A stretch of DNA of 64,000 nucleotides from Octopus sinensis (Eukaryota). Under the pieces are notes generated by a model. It was not told the origin of the DNA and did not search any database. It worked only from the letters and a program-made list of their open reading frames with translations. This document shows positions 1-12,115 of the stretch, in pieces; positions within the stretch are counted from its first letter, which is position 1; the number at the start of each line of letters is the position of its first letter. The stretch is from positions 26,970,001-27,034,000 of the forward strand of contig NC_043004.1 of NCBI RefSeq assembly GCF_006345805.1, read 5' to 3'. Made by a program: the position numbers and the translations under genes.

Positions 1-401
1 TAACTTCGAATAGTGATCTCATATTTGTTATATTTCTGTAGTTTTCTAAGGATTATATATCTTTAACTGCTCAAATACAACATTTCTAAGTGTTATGTGT
101 AGATACAAGCATATCTACATATACACAAACAATTATATCTAGCTATCTATCTCTCTGTTTAGTCAACTAGGATGGCTGATGGCTAAATCATTTCAACTTA
201 AAATAAAATTTTAATCAACTGAAGAAACGATGTATCCATCAAATTTAAATAAATTATGTATTATTATTTAAAAATTAAATATATGAAAGATAGTGTATGT
301 ATTTTTACCTTTTAAGAAGCAGGTCTACAGTTTAGAATGAAATGATGACTTTTTCACTATACTACATATGTTGCTCTTGGCATTTGTTTTAGCCTATACA
401 C

Positions 402-443
402 ACTTATACATACATACATACATACATACATACATACATACAT

Positions 444-509
<66 letters not shown>

Positions 510-515
510 TACATA
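402..515. repeat. (TACA)n/(CA)n compound microsatellite
   Basis: Directly visible tandem repeat. Confidence 0.95.
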
Positions 516-812
516 TATATAATAATAACAAAGGGTAAAATTAATTAATTAAGAAGTAATCAATAATTTCACCAAGTAGAATTCGGCAAGAAAAAGGACC
601 ATTTCACGGTAAACTTAAGTAATACTTTATAATTAGGGTTCAGCAAAGATTTGCTTTACCACATACTGAAGTTTAGAAATAGCAGCCAAAAACCTTAGCT
701 ATTTCTTCTACTTTAAAAAGGGACTCCCAGAAAAACCAAAATGCTTGAAAACAATCCACGCAGGCAGAGAGGAAAAATAACGAAAATCAATCTATATCTG
801 GTCACCCATATA

Positions 813-915
813 TCATCATCATCATCATCATCATCATTTAACGTCCGCTTTCCATGCTAGCATGGGTTGGACGGTTCAACTGGAGTCTGGGGAGCCCGAA
901 GGCTGCACCAGGCCA
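813..915 (-). mobile_element. 3' end of RTE-type LINE / RTE-tailed SINE with (GAT)n tail
   Basis: (CAT)n-TTTAACGTCCGCTTTCCATGCTAGCATGGGTTGGACGG matches the ends of the longer RTE copies at 8.9, 28.3, 33.8, 49.2 and 61.6 kb. Confidence 0.85.
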
Positions 916-924
916 ATATATATA

Positions 925-996
<72 letters not shown>

Positions 997-1454
997 GATA
1001 TATATATGCAAATTCATTGCACTAATGATTATTGCACTGTAATAAAATATTGGAGGCTATTGATATGTTATCAATTGACCTCTTAAATGTAGTAGATATA
1101 TTTTATAGAACTTAAACACCAATTGAATATCATCATCATCAGCAGCAGTATCATGTAATGTCTAATGTGTACTTTTCAATGTTTGCATGAGTCAGAAGAA
1201 AGTAGTTGCTACAGCAAATTTTCTACATCCAGATGTCTTTCCTGTTGCCAGTCTTTACCTGCGTCCAAGAAAGGTATTATATGTCTCCAAAACCAGGAAT
1301 GTTTTTCATGGAATATTGTGAATGAGCAACATATTTTGCATGAGGGCGATACAAGTTTACAATCATTACATGATGTTAAGACAAGGGTACCCACAAACAT
1401 GCATAAAAGTATACAAACACACACACACACACACACCACACACACACACACACA

Positions 1455-1489
<35 letters not shown>

Positions 1490-1799
1490 TCTCGCTCACA
1501 CACACACAACAGATTTCTTTAAATTTTTATTTATGAAATCCATTCACATGGCCTTAATCAGCCCAGTGCTATTGTGGAAGAGACTTGACCTAAGATCAGA
1601 TGGTTGCAAAACCAGTTTCTTAACCACACATCCTCTTATGTAAGTGTATGCATGTGTGCATATCATTTATCTTTTACTTCTTTCAGTCATTATAGACTAC
1701 AACTCAATATAGTTCTATATTTAAGACATGAGGAATTATGTACATTATTTACATTATTTTACATTTGATGGATAATTATCCTCATCTTGTTTGTTGTTA

Positions 1800-1843
1800 A
1801 CACAATGTTTTGGCTGATATACCCTCCAGCCTTCATCAGGTGT
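1800..1843 (-). ncRNA. minimal type-I hammerhead ribozyme-like motif (mutated)
   Basis: RNA: ACAC CUGAUGA A GGCUG-(10 nt)-CAGCC AAAA CAUU GUGU. Stems I and II pair. G12 and the stem III G read as A, both explained by CpG decay of CCGAAACG. Confidence 0.7.
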
Positions 1844-1891
1844 CTTGGGGAAATTACGAACCTAGATTCTCATTCCTAAGGTATTTTTCAA

Positions 1892-1919
1892 TGTTGTTGT
1901 TGTTATTATTATTACTATG

Positions 1920-1953
<34 letters not shown>

Positions 1954-3169
1954 TATTATTATTATTATTATTGAGTGATAGAGCAGTACATGCCATCAAA
2001 GTGACATTGGGGTAAAATATATGAAGCCCAGTATACCCATTGTGACTACCCATCTGATAAGGGTACACCAGGCACATGCATCACAACCATGTGTGCACGA
2101 CATGGCAATCTCACATCAAGATAAATAGCGCATGACCTTGCAGGTGGGGCCCAGTTAGAATTTTCATCTGGTCGAGTAGCCCATCCTGCTCAAAAGGTCC
2201 CTGAATAAGGATTGTTTAAGGAACGAACCACCCATGTTTCCAAAGGTGAATTATTCAAACCTCCAAGAATTCCTTTCAACACACGGCTATGATGCTCCCC
2301 CACTACTTCTGCTTGTGATCAGAGATGCACATATCATCAGCCATTAAGGGACATGCTCAACTGGTACGGTCAAACAACTGACAAGCAAATCTGTGATATT
2401 GAGCAGAATATTTGCTGTAGCCCATCTTTTATACCAAGACAAAACAATGTACATGATAACACTTCCAATCAGTTAAGATAAGAAGCTATGAGAGTCACTG
2501 TCTGGTACTGCATCAAGGCATGCAGTATTATTATTATTATTATTGTTGTTGTTATTATTATTATTACTATGATTATTATTATTATTATTATATTATTATA
2601 TTATTATTATTATTATTGAGTGATAGAGCAGTACATGCCATCAAAGTGACATTGGGGTAAAATATATGAAGCCCAGTATACCCATTGTGACTACCCATCT
2701 GATAAGGGTACACCAGGCACATGCATCACAACCATGTGTGCACGACATGGCAATCTCACATCAAGATAAATAGCGCATGACCTTGCAGGTGGGGCCCAGT
2801 TAGAATTTTCTTCTGGTCGAGTAGCCCATCCTGCTCAAAAGGTCCCTGAATAAGGATTGTTTAAGGAACGAACCACCCATGTTTCCAAAGGTGAATTATT
2901 CAAACCTCCAAGAATTCCTTTCAACACACGGCTATGATGCTCCCCCACTACTTCTGCTTGTGATCAGAGATGCACATATCATCAGCCACTAAGGGACATG
3001 CTCAACTGGTTACGGTCAAACAACTGACAAGCAAATCTGTGATATTGAGCAGAATATTTGCTGTAGCCCATCTTTTATACCAAGACAAAACAATGTACAT
3101 GATAACACTTCCAATCAGTTAAGATAAGAAGCTATGAGAGTCACTGTCTGGTACTGCATCAAGGCATGC

Positions 3170-3211
<42 letters not shown>
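1892..3211 (+). repeat. tandem duplication (period about 645 bp) of an interspersed repeat flanked by (TAT)n
   Basis: GAGTGATAGAGCAG at 1973 and 2618; only three differences seen in the non-microsatellite part. Confidence 0.95.
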
Positions 3212-3215
<4 letters not shown>

Positions 3216-3287
3216 TCACTGTATGGAATCGAACTCAGAATCTTTGGGTAAGTAGATGCACTCTTAATCAGTATTCCATATGCCCAC

Positions 3288-3361
3288 GGGCATATGGCAT
3301 ACTGGTTAAGAGTGCAGGCTATTAAACCTAAGATTCTGAGTTCGATTCCAGGCAGTGACCT

Positions 3362-3393
<32 letters not shown>
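3288..3393 (+). mobile_element. second tRNA-derived SINE head, head-to-head with 3212-3285, truncated after (AAT)n
   Basis: GGGCATATGGCATACTGGTTAAGAGTG...GAGTTCGATTCCAGGCAGTGACC is the reverse complement of the left head. Confidence 0.8.
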
Positions 3394-5978
3394 TTAAGAA
3401 ATGGAGTCAAACTCATGTTATTCAAACCATTGACAATATAAATGATTTGACTCTGTTTCTTAATTTATCCATTTTATTCTTAACCCTGGAATTTCTGCCT
3501 TTATATGTAGGCTGTAATATCTTCGGCACTTATGTGAATTTTTGTTACCCTGGTAACTATTTATTTTTTCCTTGTTATTTGTACACATTGAAAAAATATA
3601 CATACATATATATATATGTATGTGTGTGTGTGTGTGTGTATATGTATATCTTCAGTAAATCATAAATCCAAAAGAGGGGCACTGAACAGTAGAGTAGTAT
3701 ATATATATATATGCACATATCTGTTTGTACATTGTATGTGTTTGTGTTTCTGCAAGTATGTGTGCATGTATGTACACACATATAACATAGTCATACTATA
3801 TAGTGCATTAATGGTTCTTGTTTGTTCCATGCTCCATTGTATCTACTTTTACCATTCCATTATAGATACTATAATTATTTATGTTATAAATGACTTCTCG
3901 TTCTAAATCTATCACATAGATATCACAAGAATTCCTGGTTTGTCTTTTACAAGGCAATATACATAATTGTCAAAATTTTCTTGACTGCTGTAGCTGGTCC
4001 ATAAATCATTATAGATGACGTTTTAATTTGGGGTTTGTTATTAAATTTATTTACTTGTTGAAGTGTTACTAAGGAACAGGATGAATTTTGTCTGGGTGGA
4101 TTTATGGTTTTGTCAAAACCAACAAACTGGAAATTCTTCTGAAGTATTCTTTCAGTCCAGTGAGCATCTAATAAATGATACGTCCCAAAAAATTAGACTG
4201 ATGGCATATATATCATCTTGCATGAGTTTAAGACTTGAAACTGTTTTGAGAGATTTATAAAACCATCTTGTATTGGTTCCTCATGTCCCCTGTATCAATA
4301 ATACCCTTATTGTAGTTACAACATTGCACACAGGCACGAATGCAGTCTTACAGACTATTTACCAATCTATCATTTGCCTTGGCTCTTCATTTCTTCAACA
4401 ATTATGAGAAACAACTGTTTTACACACAATAAGCTACCATCTTTCTCACTCTCAGACTACTTTCTGTTGTTGTGTAGTCACAGTCTAGCTTCATCATATT
4501 GATCAATGAACTAAAGTATACCGACCATGACCATCCTAACTGTTTACCAATAATGTGCATTCAGAACTATAATCTAATGTCACTTACCTTCTTTTAAGAT
4601 ACTCAGGTATGATTTGAAGTAGATTAGACTGCTGTTTTTAGCAGAGTGAATAACCACATACTACCTCCTTCAGTAACACTGTCGACAGTACACCTTACTA
4701 ACCCTTAATTCAGCTTCCAGTTTACATATTCAGTTTATATGTATACGCTACTAGCACCTAGTCAACTATTAAAATAAAATTTGTCCTCATGTATCCTTTG
4801 GTACCCCTACTATAGTCCTCTTTTATATAAAATTCCTTCATTCAGACCCTGTTCACCTCTATATCAGCCCCTCTATTACTCATTCCGTTTGTCCATGTGT
4901 ATCCAGTGCTAATCCTCTTTCAACTACCTATTATATAATGTTTCTCCTTGCTAGCTCCTAATTTAGTCAGCTATTATATAATAGGTCTTGATGTATATTC
5001 TGTTAGTCTTTACTCTAGTCATCTATTACATAATCTGCCCACATGTACACCCTACAGGTCTCTGCTTTAACCTTCACATATATATCATATATTAAGTTAG
5101 ATAACAATGTGTATCACATATCAAGTAACACACACACACATCTATATCCATTTTGGTTACATGCCTTTATACCCATCTTGTTTTACCTTTTCTCCTCCTC
5201 CTCTGAAGTCAAAAAGCTAAATACCAAACAAACTATTGGAGTTGACAGAAGCAGTCCCTTGAAAGTGGTGCACTATGCCATCAGTCTCATAACTGAAACC
5301 GGTTAAGTGATAACAAATTCTATTAAATCTAAAGCTATGTGATGTTCAACATTTCACTTTCAGTTCGGGAAACGGAAAATTCTGAGTGTTTATACATGAG
5401 TATATAAGATTTTAGGTATAGCTGTGTGGTTAAGAACTTTGCTTCATAAATGCATAGTTTTGAGTTCAGTTCCAATGTGTGACAATCTGTGTAAAGGTCT
5501 TCAGGACAACAAATGTTTTGTGAGTGAATTTTATTGGTAGATACCATGAGCTAATTTGTTTTTCCCATGTTAACATGAGTTAGATGAGTATGCTGTGTGT
5601 GTGTATGTGTGTGTGTGGATGCAGCAACAATTGACACCAAAAACATGGGGTCCTTTTCATAACTGGCACCAACATTTACTAAAGACACTTATCTTCAATA
5701 TAAAATATTTTAAGGAAACTCCGAAGTGTGATGTACCATGATGTGCTCTGTTTGGGGTAACAGTAAGTTCCTCAGACAATCCTGACAGTCAAACTTCCTC
5801 ATCATTAATGTGGTAGTGACATCTTTGCAATGGCTGATTCTGTTACAGAAGCTACCTTACTCTCAGAAGAACACAACATCAAAGTTCTCAGTCTAGAATT
5901 GAATGATAATTTTATAATGTCAAGTACAAAGTAAATCTCAGATATCCTGTTTTCTTGCATTATCATCAGTAACAGTAG

Positions 5979-6345
5979 TAGGTGCAATGGCCCAGTGGTT
6001 AGGGCAGCGGACTCGTGGTTGGAGAAACGCGGTTTCGATTCCCAGACCGGGCATTGTGTGTGTTTATTGAGCGAAAACACCTAAAGCTCCATGAGTCTCA
6101 GGCAGGGGGTGGTGGCGACCCCTGTTGTACTCTTTTGCTCCAACATTCTCTCACTCTTTCTACCTGTTTCTTGTCCCCGACTTCCTACGCAACCACTGAG
6201 CCTGGATGCGCATTCATCCATCTGTCGATGCTCTTGGTGTCAGGGGTTGACCTGCTTTCTCTTCTGCAGGTCTTATGAATAGCAAAGGACCACGTTTCGG
6301 ACTTCTCCCACTACACTCTGGGACGAAGACCGCTTCACTCAACAA
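5979..6345 (+). mobile_element. tRNA-derived SINE
   Basis: A box TGGCCCAGTGG and B-box-like GGTTTCGATTCCC, followed by a body and an (AAAC)n tail. Confidence 0.8.
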
Positions 6346-7671
6346 ACAAACAAACAAACCAGCAACAGTAAAGTCACAAGCATGAGAAGAGGTAAGTTTC
6401 CACATTCTGTCTTCGAGTGATTTAGTTCACTTTTGTTCCTCAAGTATACCAGCCCAGTGTGGAAAAGATCTACCAATGTTAAAAAGCTAAATCCAAATAT
6501 CAATGGCTCCGCTTGACTAATCACAAATTGTCTAAGACAAATATAGGTAGTATCTATTTCTATTTTCTAGCAGGTACAGTTCAAACAGCTATTAAAGATC
6601 AGCATCCAGTACGTAGAAATGTCTGTGGAAGCAAAAAGATTAATGCTATCACATGTTTAACCTAAATCTAGTTCAAAATTGCCTGATATAAAATGAAAAC
6701 TTTTTTTTAAATGCACCCTACCATGTAGACATTTCAGAAAGTAGAAATGTATTAGTATGTTGCAGGTCAAGGCAATTAAAAAGTGAAGTAAAATAATCAT
6801 ACAAAATGAAAGAAACAGTTTGTTTTTTTAATTTTTTAAACATCACCTGTTGTAATGAATGAATGACTGGCTACACATTTAATGACATAAAGTTTGGTAT
6901 GGCCCAAGTATGACAGGATATGCAAGAAAGAGCTAAAGCATTCTTAGTTTGGCTGAATGTGAGCAATTGTGATTTCAGAGTAAATGAAGTACCAGCCAGT
7001 TGAATAGCTTTCCTCAGTGGACAAATAAACATTTTTAGTCTTTCTTTCCTTTTTCAGAATTGATTATTCATTTACACTATATTGCCATACCTTGTATATT
7101 GTTAATCTCCATTGCTCTAATCATTTAGAAATATGAAAATATTTACTAATTAAAATATCACACCTGGGAAAAATCTTTCATTTTTTTTTACCAAATGAAG
7201 CTAACTCACTTTTAATTTGTATTAATTGATACATCTGAGGTTATTGCAAAAATGATACTGCACTACTTCTTGATGTTGAATTTTGTTATCCACAGAAAAT
7301 TTCATTGCACAAAACTACAAACAATTTTTGTAGGCAATGTTACATATTTCACAAAGTTGATGGGTTGGATTTGGATCATAGACAAAAATTTGCCAAAGCC
7401 TGATGTAGACTAATGTCACAGCTCTAAATATTTTAATTTATTGTTAATTATTTATCAAGTGCTTTGTGGTGGTTATATACTACAGATTAGATCAAATGGA
7501 ATGTGTTAAGTTCAACACTTTTATAGGAAAATCTTTTATCACAAACACCTTTGTCTACCAGCATTGTATGAGCAAAACCACAATGATGGTTGCCCTGAGT
7601 GCAAAATTCTTGAAATTGCAAAATCTTAAGAGAAAGAGAACTGAAGCGGTAATAATCCTTTCTACTATAGA

Positions 7672-7870
7672 CACAAGGGCTGAATTTAGTGGTGAGGGAA
7701 TAAGTCAATTACATTGATTCTAGTAATCAATTGGTACCTATTTTACCAAACCTGGAATGAGAAATGACAACGTCAACTTTGACAGAATTTGAACTAAGAA
7801 CATGAAGACAGACAAAATGCCAATAAGAACATTGTCTGGTGAGCTAACGACTCTGCCAGTTCAATGCCTT
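7672..7870 (-). mobile_element. degenerate tRNA-derived SINE fragment
   Basis: Reverse complement has a degenerate tRNA-like head (TGGCAGAGTCG...GTTCAAATTCT). Confidence 0.5.
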
Positions 7871-8454
7871 AAATAAAGTAGTAATAATCCATGCTATCAT
7901 GGAAGGCAGATGTTAAACGATGACAACAACAATGATATGTCTTGAAAATTCACCCCCTTTGTTTTGTTTTGTTTCCTGCTATCTTATCTAAATGTTCCAT
8001 TGTTTCCTTGACTGGCCCCAATTCTCAAAAATTTCACTGCTCTCCCTTTCTCTCTCTCAGTTTTGTTAGCCACTTGCTTTCCCATGTTGACCGTGAATTA
8101 GTGGCTTGTTTTGTCTGTGGCTTTGCCACATCTGCTTTAGCTAGGCAGCCATAGTATTTTGCTGTTCACGGTGCACCCTCCCATCTCACCCCTTCCACTG
8201 ATACCAGAAGTCTTTCTCCTCTAACCTCTATTGGATGTCTTTCTCCTGAGCACCTCTAATCGTTAACTATACAGAATGCTTTCCCCCCTCTCTTCCCAAT
8301 CCATCCCTGTCTAGTGCCTATCTCCCATTGGACATAGTAATTATGAAGTAAACATAATGATGGTATACAGGTTGAAGCCAATTTGTATGTTTACAAAATC
8401 TGCCAAATGCACATGTGAGCTTTCTGTTCAGTTACATAATGCCTCTGCCTCCCA

Positions 8455-8992
8455 TCCCAGGGATGAGGTGGTGAAGCATGACCTTCAAATGTTGGGCCTC
8501 AGAAGCAATGACAAGTGACTGAGACCTTTGGCGATATGCTGTGCTTAAGAAGACCTGGCAAGCCAAGTGGGATTGTAGACTTGGTCAATGCCAGTGTTGC
8601 GTAAATAGCCTATTGAAAAACATCCTTCAGTTATTGGGCAATATGCCATGTTTGTGCACACCTGTTGAACTAAGTGAAGTCGTAGACATGGCCAATGCCA
8701 GTGCCACCTGACTGGCACCCATCCTGGTGGCATGTAAAAAGCATCATTTGAACATGGCCAGTGCCAGTACCACCTGACAGGCTCCCTCCCCCGTGTTGGT
8801 GCCACATAAAAACACCCACTAGACTCTTGGAGTGGTTGGCATTAGGAATGGCATCCAGCTTTAGAAACCTTGTCAAATCAGATTGGAGCCTGGTGTAGCC
8901 TTCCCAGCTTGCCAGTTCTCAGTCAAACCGTCCAACCCATGCAGCATGGAAAGCGGAAGTTAAACAACAACGACGACGACGATGATGATGAT
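8455..8992 (+). mobile_element. RTE LINE 3' fragment (ORF end, 3' UTR, (GAC/GAT)n tail)
   Basis: DEVVKHDLQMLGL motif matches the RTE C-terminus seen at 30.1 and 62.1 kb; shared 3' UTR. Confidence 0.8.
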
Positions 8993-10528
8993 ATATATGC
9001 ATAAAACAGTGCATATGAGAAATTCTTTGATGTTCTTACATTTAAGTAGTTCTTGTTAGCATTTACAGAAATGGAAGACAGAAATTAAATGCACACCAAC
9101 CAAACAGAAGGTTAGATTAAATGAAATATTAGAAGATAAAATCTAATGATTAAAGAATTTTAATTAAAAATACTTGACAATAATTTTAGAGGTACAAAAC
9201 AAGTAAAATACATAAATTTATTTGCTGATTCCTTTTGGACAGCAAAATAGTAATTTCTTGGATTGTCATTATGATTTTAGCATGGAATGTGGTTTAGGCT
9301 GATGGGTGGTGTAGAATATAAAGGCTTACATAGAGATGTATATAAACTCATGTACACGTAAACACGTTGACACTCATATGCAAACACACACACACACACA
9401 TACAAACTAATCCATTCACTGATACTCACACAGACACACATTCCTACATTCAAACAAACCCATACACATTCACACACAAACACACACACAGACACTCACA
9501 CACACTTAGCAGCACACACTTATATTTGCATCTTACCACAATCTGTCATTGGATTGCAAAATTACGGTTCAGTATGACAATTCCAGTGAACCTAATTAGA
9601 ATAAAAATAAAAAGTTTTAGAGAATTAGTGCCTCATAGATTCAGAATTGTCTATATTCCATTGATTAAATTTAAGTGGAATATTGTCAGAATTGGTAGAA
9701 CATTGAAAAAAATAGCTTACAGTGTTATGTTGTGTCCCTTTACAATCTAAATTAAAACCTCATTCATATCAACTTTGTTCTTCTCCTTCCACATTGATAA
9801 CATAATAAGTCTTGCTATAAACAAAATCTGAGATGAAACTCATATTTAATAAAGGGAGCAATATTTGGTGTGGCAATAAAGAAATAGAAAATATCGAGGT
9901 TAAATCACTTGTCTGAGTTTAACTATCTCTTTTCCCCCCACAAGTAATAAGGGATCTGTAAAAGTAATGGATGTTACCCTTTTTTTTCTGAAATTCATGT
10001 CAATAGATCATTACAAAGTTAATATCAAGATTTGATATGTTCAGCATGTGATTAATAACCTAGCAACTTAAGCTCTCAATCATCATATTGTTTGTTGTTT
10101 AAAGAAGAATTTGAAGAATAATATAAATTCTCTTATTAATCATAGGGATGGTGTTTACTATTAAGTAATAATTAAATTATATTCCTGTAATTAGCCTTAT
10201 ATCAATTGATTGTCCCTGAAATAAATAAAACAAATTGTAATGAGTCTTGTATTAAGTCTTCAGACTTAATAACCATCAGTATACACTATATTTCTAGACC
10301 AATTATTCATTAGTATACATCCTGGGCCCACAATCAAGTATAGTCTAGAAATTTGCCACCAATAACAGCAGCTGCAACATGAGTGGCAGCAGCTACATTA
10401 GAAGCAACAATGCCAAAAGTGTAATTACCATCTTTGTCATCAATATTTTCCTTTCAAATGTCTTACAGTTTCTAAATTCTGATATGTCAATAATTGGATG
10501 GTAACCTCTCATATAAGAGAAAATGAGG

Positions 10529-10559
<31 letters not shown>

Positions 10560-11077
10560 GAGAGGGAGAGGGAGAGAGAGAGGGAGAGAGAGAGAGGGAG
10601 AGAGAGAGAGAGAGAGCTCTGATGCCAATGACACATTATGATAAACAAGGTGTTAGCTTTCAGTGAGTTTTCTAAGTGAGAATAGGAAAAATCACATCAA
10701 AGGAACTGTCTTTTCCCTGTAATCTAGATAATTGCTTTGACGAACAATCTCTCAACTCAATTCCAATCGTCTGAAAGCAATTACAGACTAAATTATTAAT
10801 GATCTCAAAGATCGGGCAGACATCTTTTAAAGTATGTAAACATATTAACATATTAACATATTGGTTCCACATTCTCAATGTACTTTACTTAGCTTACATA
10901 CAGATTCATCTAGCAGAAATTATTTACAGTCAGCTTCTTGCTCTTTTGCCCCAATTCAAGCATTTTTGAATTGACCCATGGTTAAAGTCGCTGCAATAAT
11001 GACAATTCTATCTAAACTGCATGTGAAAATATCTATTTAGTACATTTTTCATGCTATAAATAAAGTAGAGAGAACAC

Positions 11078-11109
<32 letters not shown>

Positions 11110-11889
11110 ATAATATAAATAAAATATATATATATAAGCATATATACATACATACATATATGTACATACTGACATATATATGCATATATATACAGGACGC
11201 CACAAAACATAATCAACATGAAATATGAAGACAAACTTTTTTTGCGAACAACGAGAGAAACAAATGGAAAGCAAGACAAATAACATAAAGAATGACCCTT
11301 CATCAGTTATTGGCTGTTAATTTACTCCACATTTTGAGAAATTCATGACAATATGTGCCTTCGAGAAACAGTTGCTCCTGCAAACCAAAATAAAATTTGG
11401 GATTTTATGGACAGTGAAACAAATAGTGAGGGCTGCTAAGCAAGAGGGGTAGAGTGGCGATTGCTGAAGAACATTCTTTGACAAAAGAAAAGATAGAAGA
11501 GGAGACAGACAAGAATACGTCTGTTCTGTGCAACAGACCGGAAGAAAAGAAAGATGAACACATGTGACCAAAAATTTACGGATGATGGTCACGTGTGAGT
11601 AATGAGAGAGTAAAGGAGGAAGAGGGAGAGAGAGAGAGAGAGGGGACAGATAGAAAATGGTGAAGGGGAGAAAAAGGAATTAGAGAAAGGAAGAGAGAGA
11701 AAACGAAAGGGGTGTGAGAGAGAGGGAGAACAGTACAGAGGAGAGTCGCCTCAAAATTATTAAGATAAACTTACTTCGAAATGGATGTGTGGTGTTCAAT
11801 CATATAATAATATATATAAAATATATATATATATATATATAGGCATATATACATCCATATATGTACATACAGACATATATATGTATATA

Positions 11890-12097
11890 TATATATATCG
11901 CTAGCTTCTGCACGCATTTTTTTTCTCTTCTTGTTTCTCTCCGTGTTTCTTTTCTGTGTATCTTTCTGTTGAAGAGCGTAGGCTCGAAATGTAAAAGACT
12001 TGTTTTATTTATATTCTTGAGCACCATACTAATACAATTGTTTGTTTGTACTCCACCTGCCTTCGTCTTTTGTTTATTTTTATAAAGCTTCCCGTTA
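11890..12097 (+). mobile_element. short repeat carrying a hammerhead-like motif (related copy at 46590-46740)
   Basis: Shares TTGAAGAGCGTAGGCT.GAAATGTAAAAGACTT and flanks with the 46.65 kb copy. Confidence 0.65.
11961..11998 (+). ncRNA. minimal hammerhead-like motif
   Basis: UCUUU CUGUUGA A GAGC GUAG GCUC GAAA UGU A AAAGA: 5-bp stem I, 4-bp stem II, GUA triplet; A6 is replaced by U. Confidence 0.6.
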
Positions 12098-12115
12098 TAT
12101 ATATATATATATATA

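Larger units (their letters stand above)
1710..3285 (-). mobile_element. tRNA-headed SINE-like element with a 3' hammerhead-like body, split by an insertion in its (AAT)n linker
   Basis: Minus strand reads: tRNA-like head at 3285-3212 (A-box-like TGGAATACTGA, B-box GAGTTCGATTCC), (AAT)n, inserted duplicated repeat, (AAT/AAC)n, then body 1893-1710 containing CTGATGA-A-GGCTG...CAGCC-AAAA. Confidence 0.65.

Noticed and set aside
1196-1284. Exon candidates on either strand near 1.2 kb (similar at 6.6, 7.1, 9.8, 10.7 and 40.7 kb)
   Set aside because: Plausible splice signals on both strands and several open frames; they cannot be resolved without RNA data.
3212-3363. Possible real tRNA genes (also 5979-6050, 17922-17990)
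   Set aside because: Acceptor and anticodon stems are incomplete, there is no T-run terminator, and they continue into SINE bodies.
5700-5960. Cys-containing frame (FDCQDCLRNLL) as an exon or transposase remnant
   Set aside because: Stops upstream, no convincing splice pair, no diagnostic motif.
6285-6335. GTCCGAAACGTGG (minus strand) as a hammerhead 3' half
   Set aside because: No CUGANGA, and position 17 is G.
11290-11310. CTGATGAAGGG on the minus strand as a hammerhead
   Set aside because: No complementary stem II or GAAA follows.
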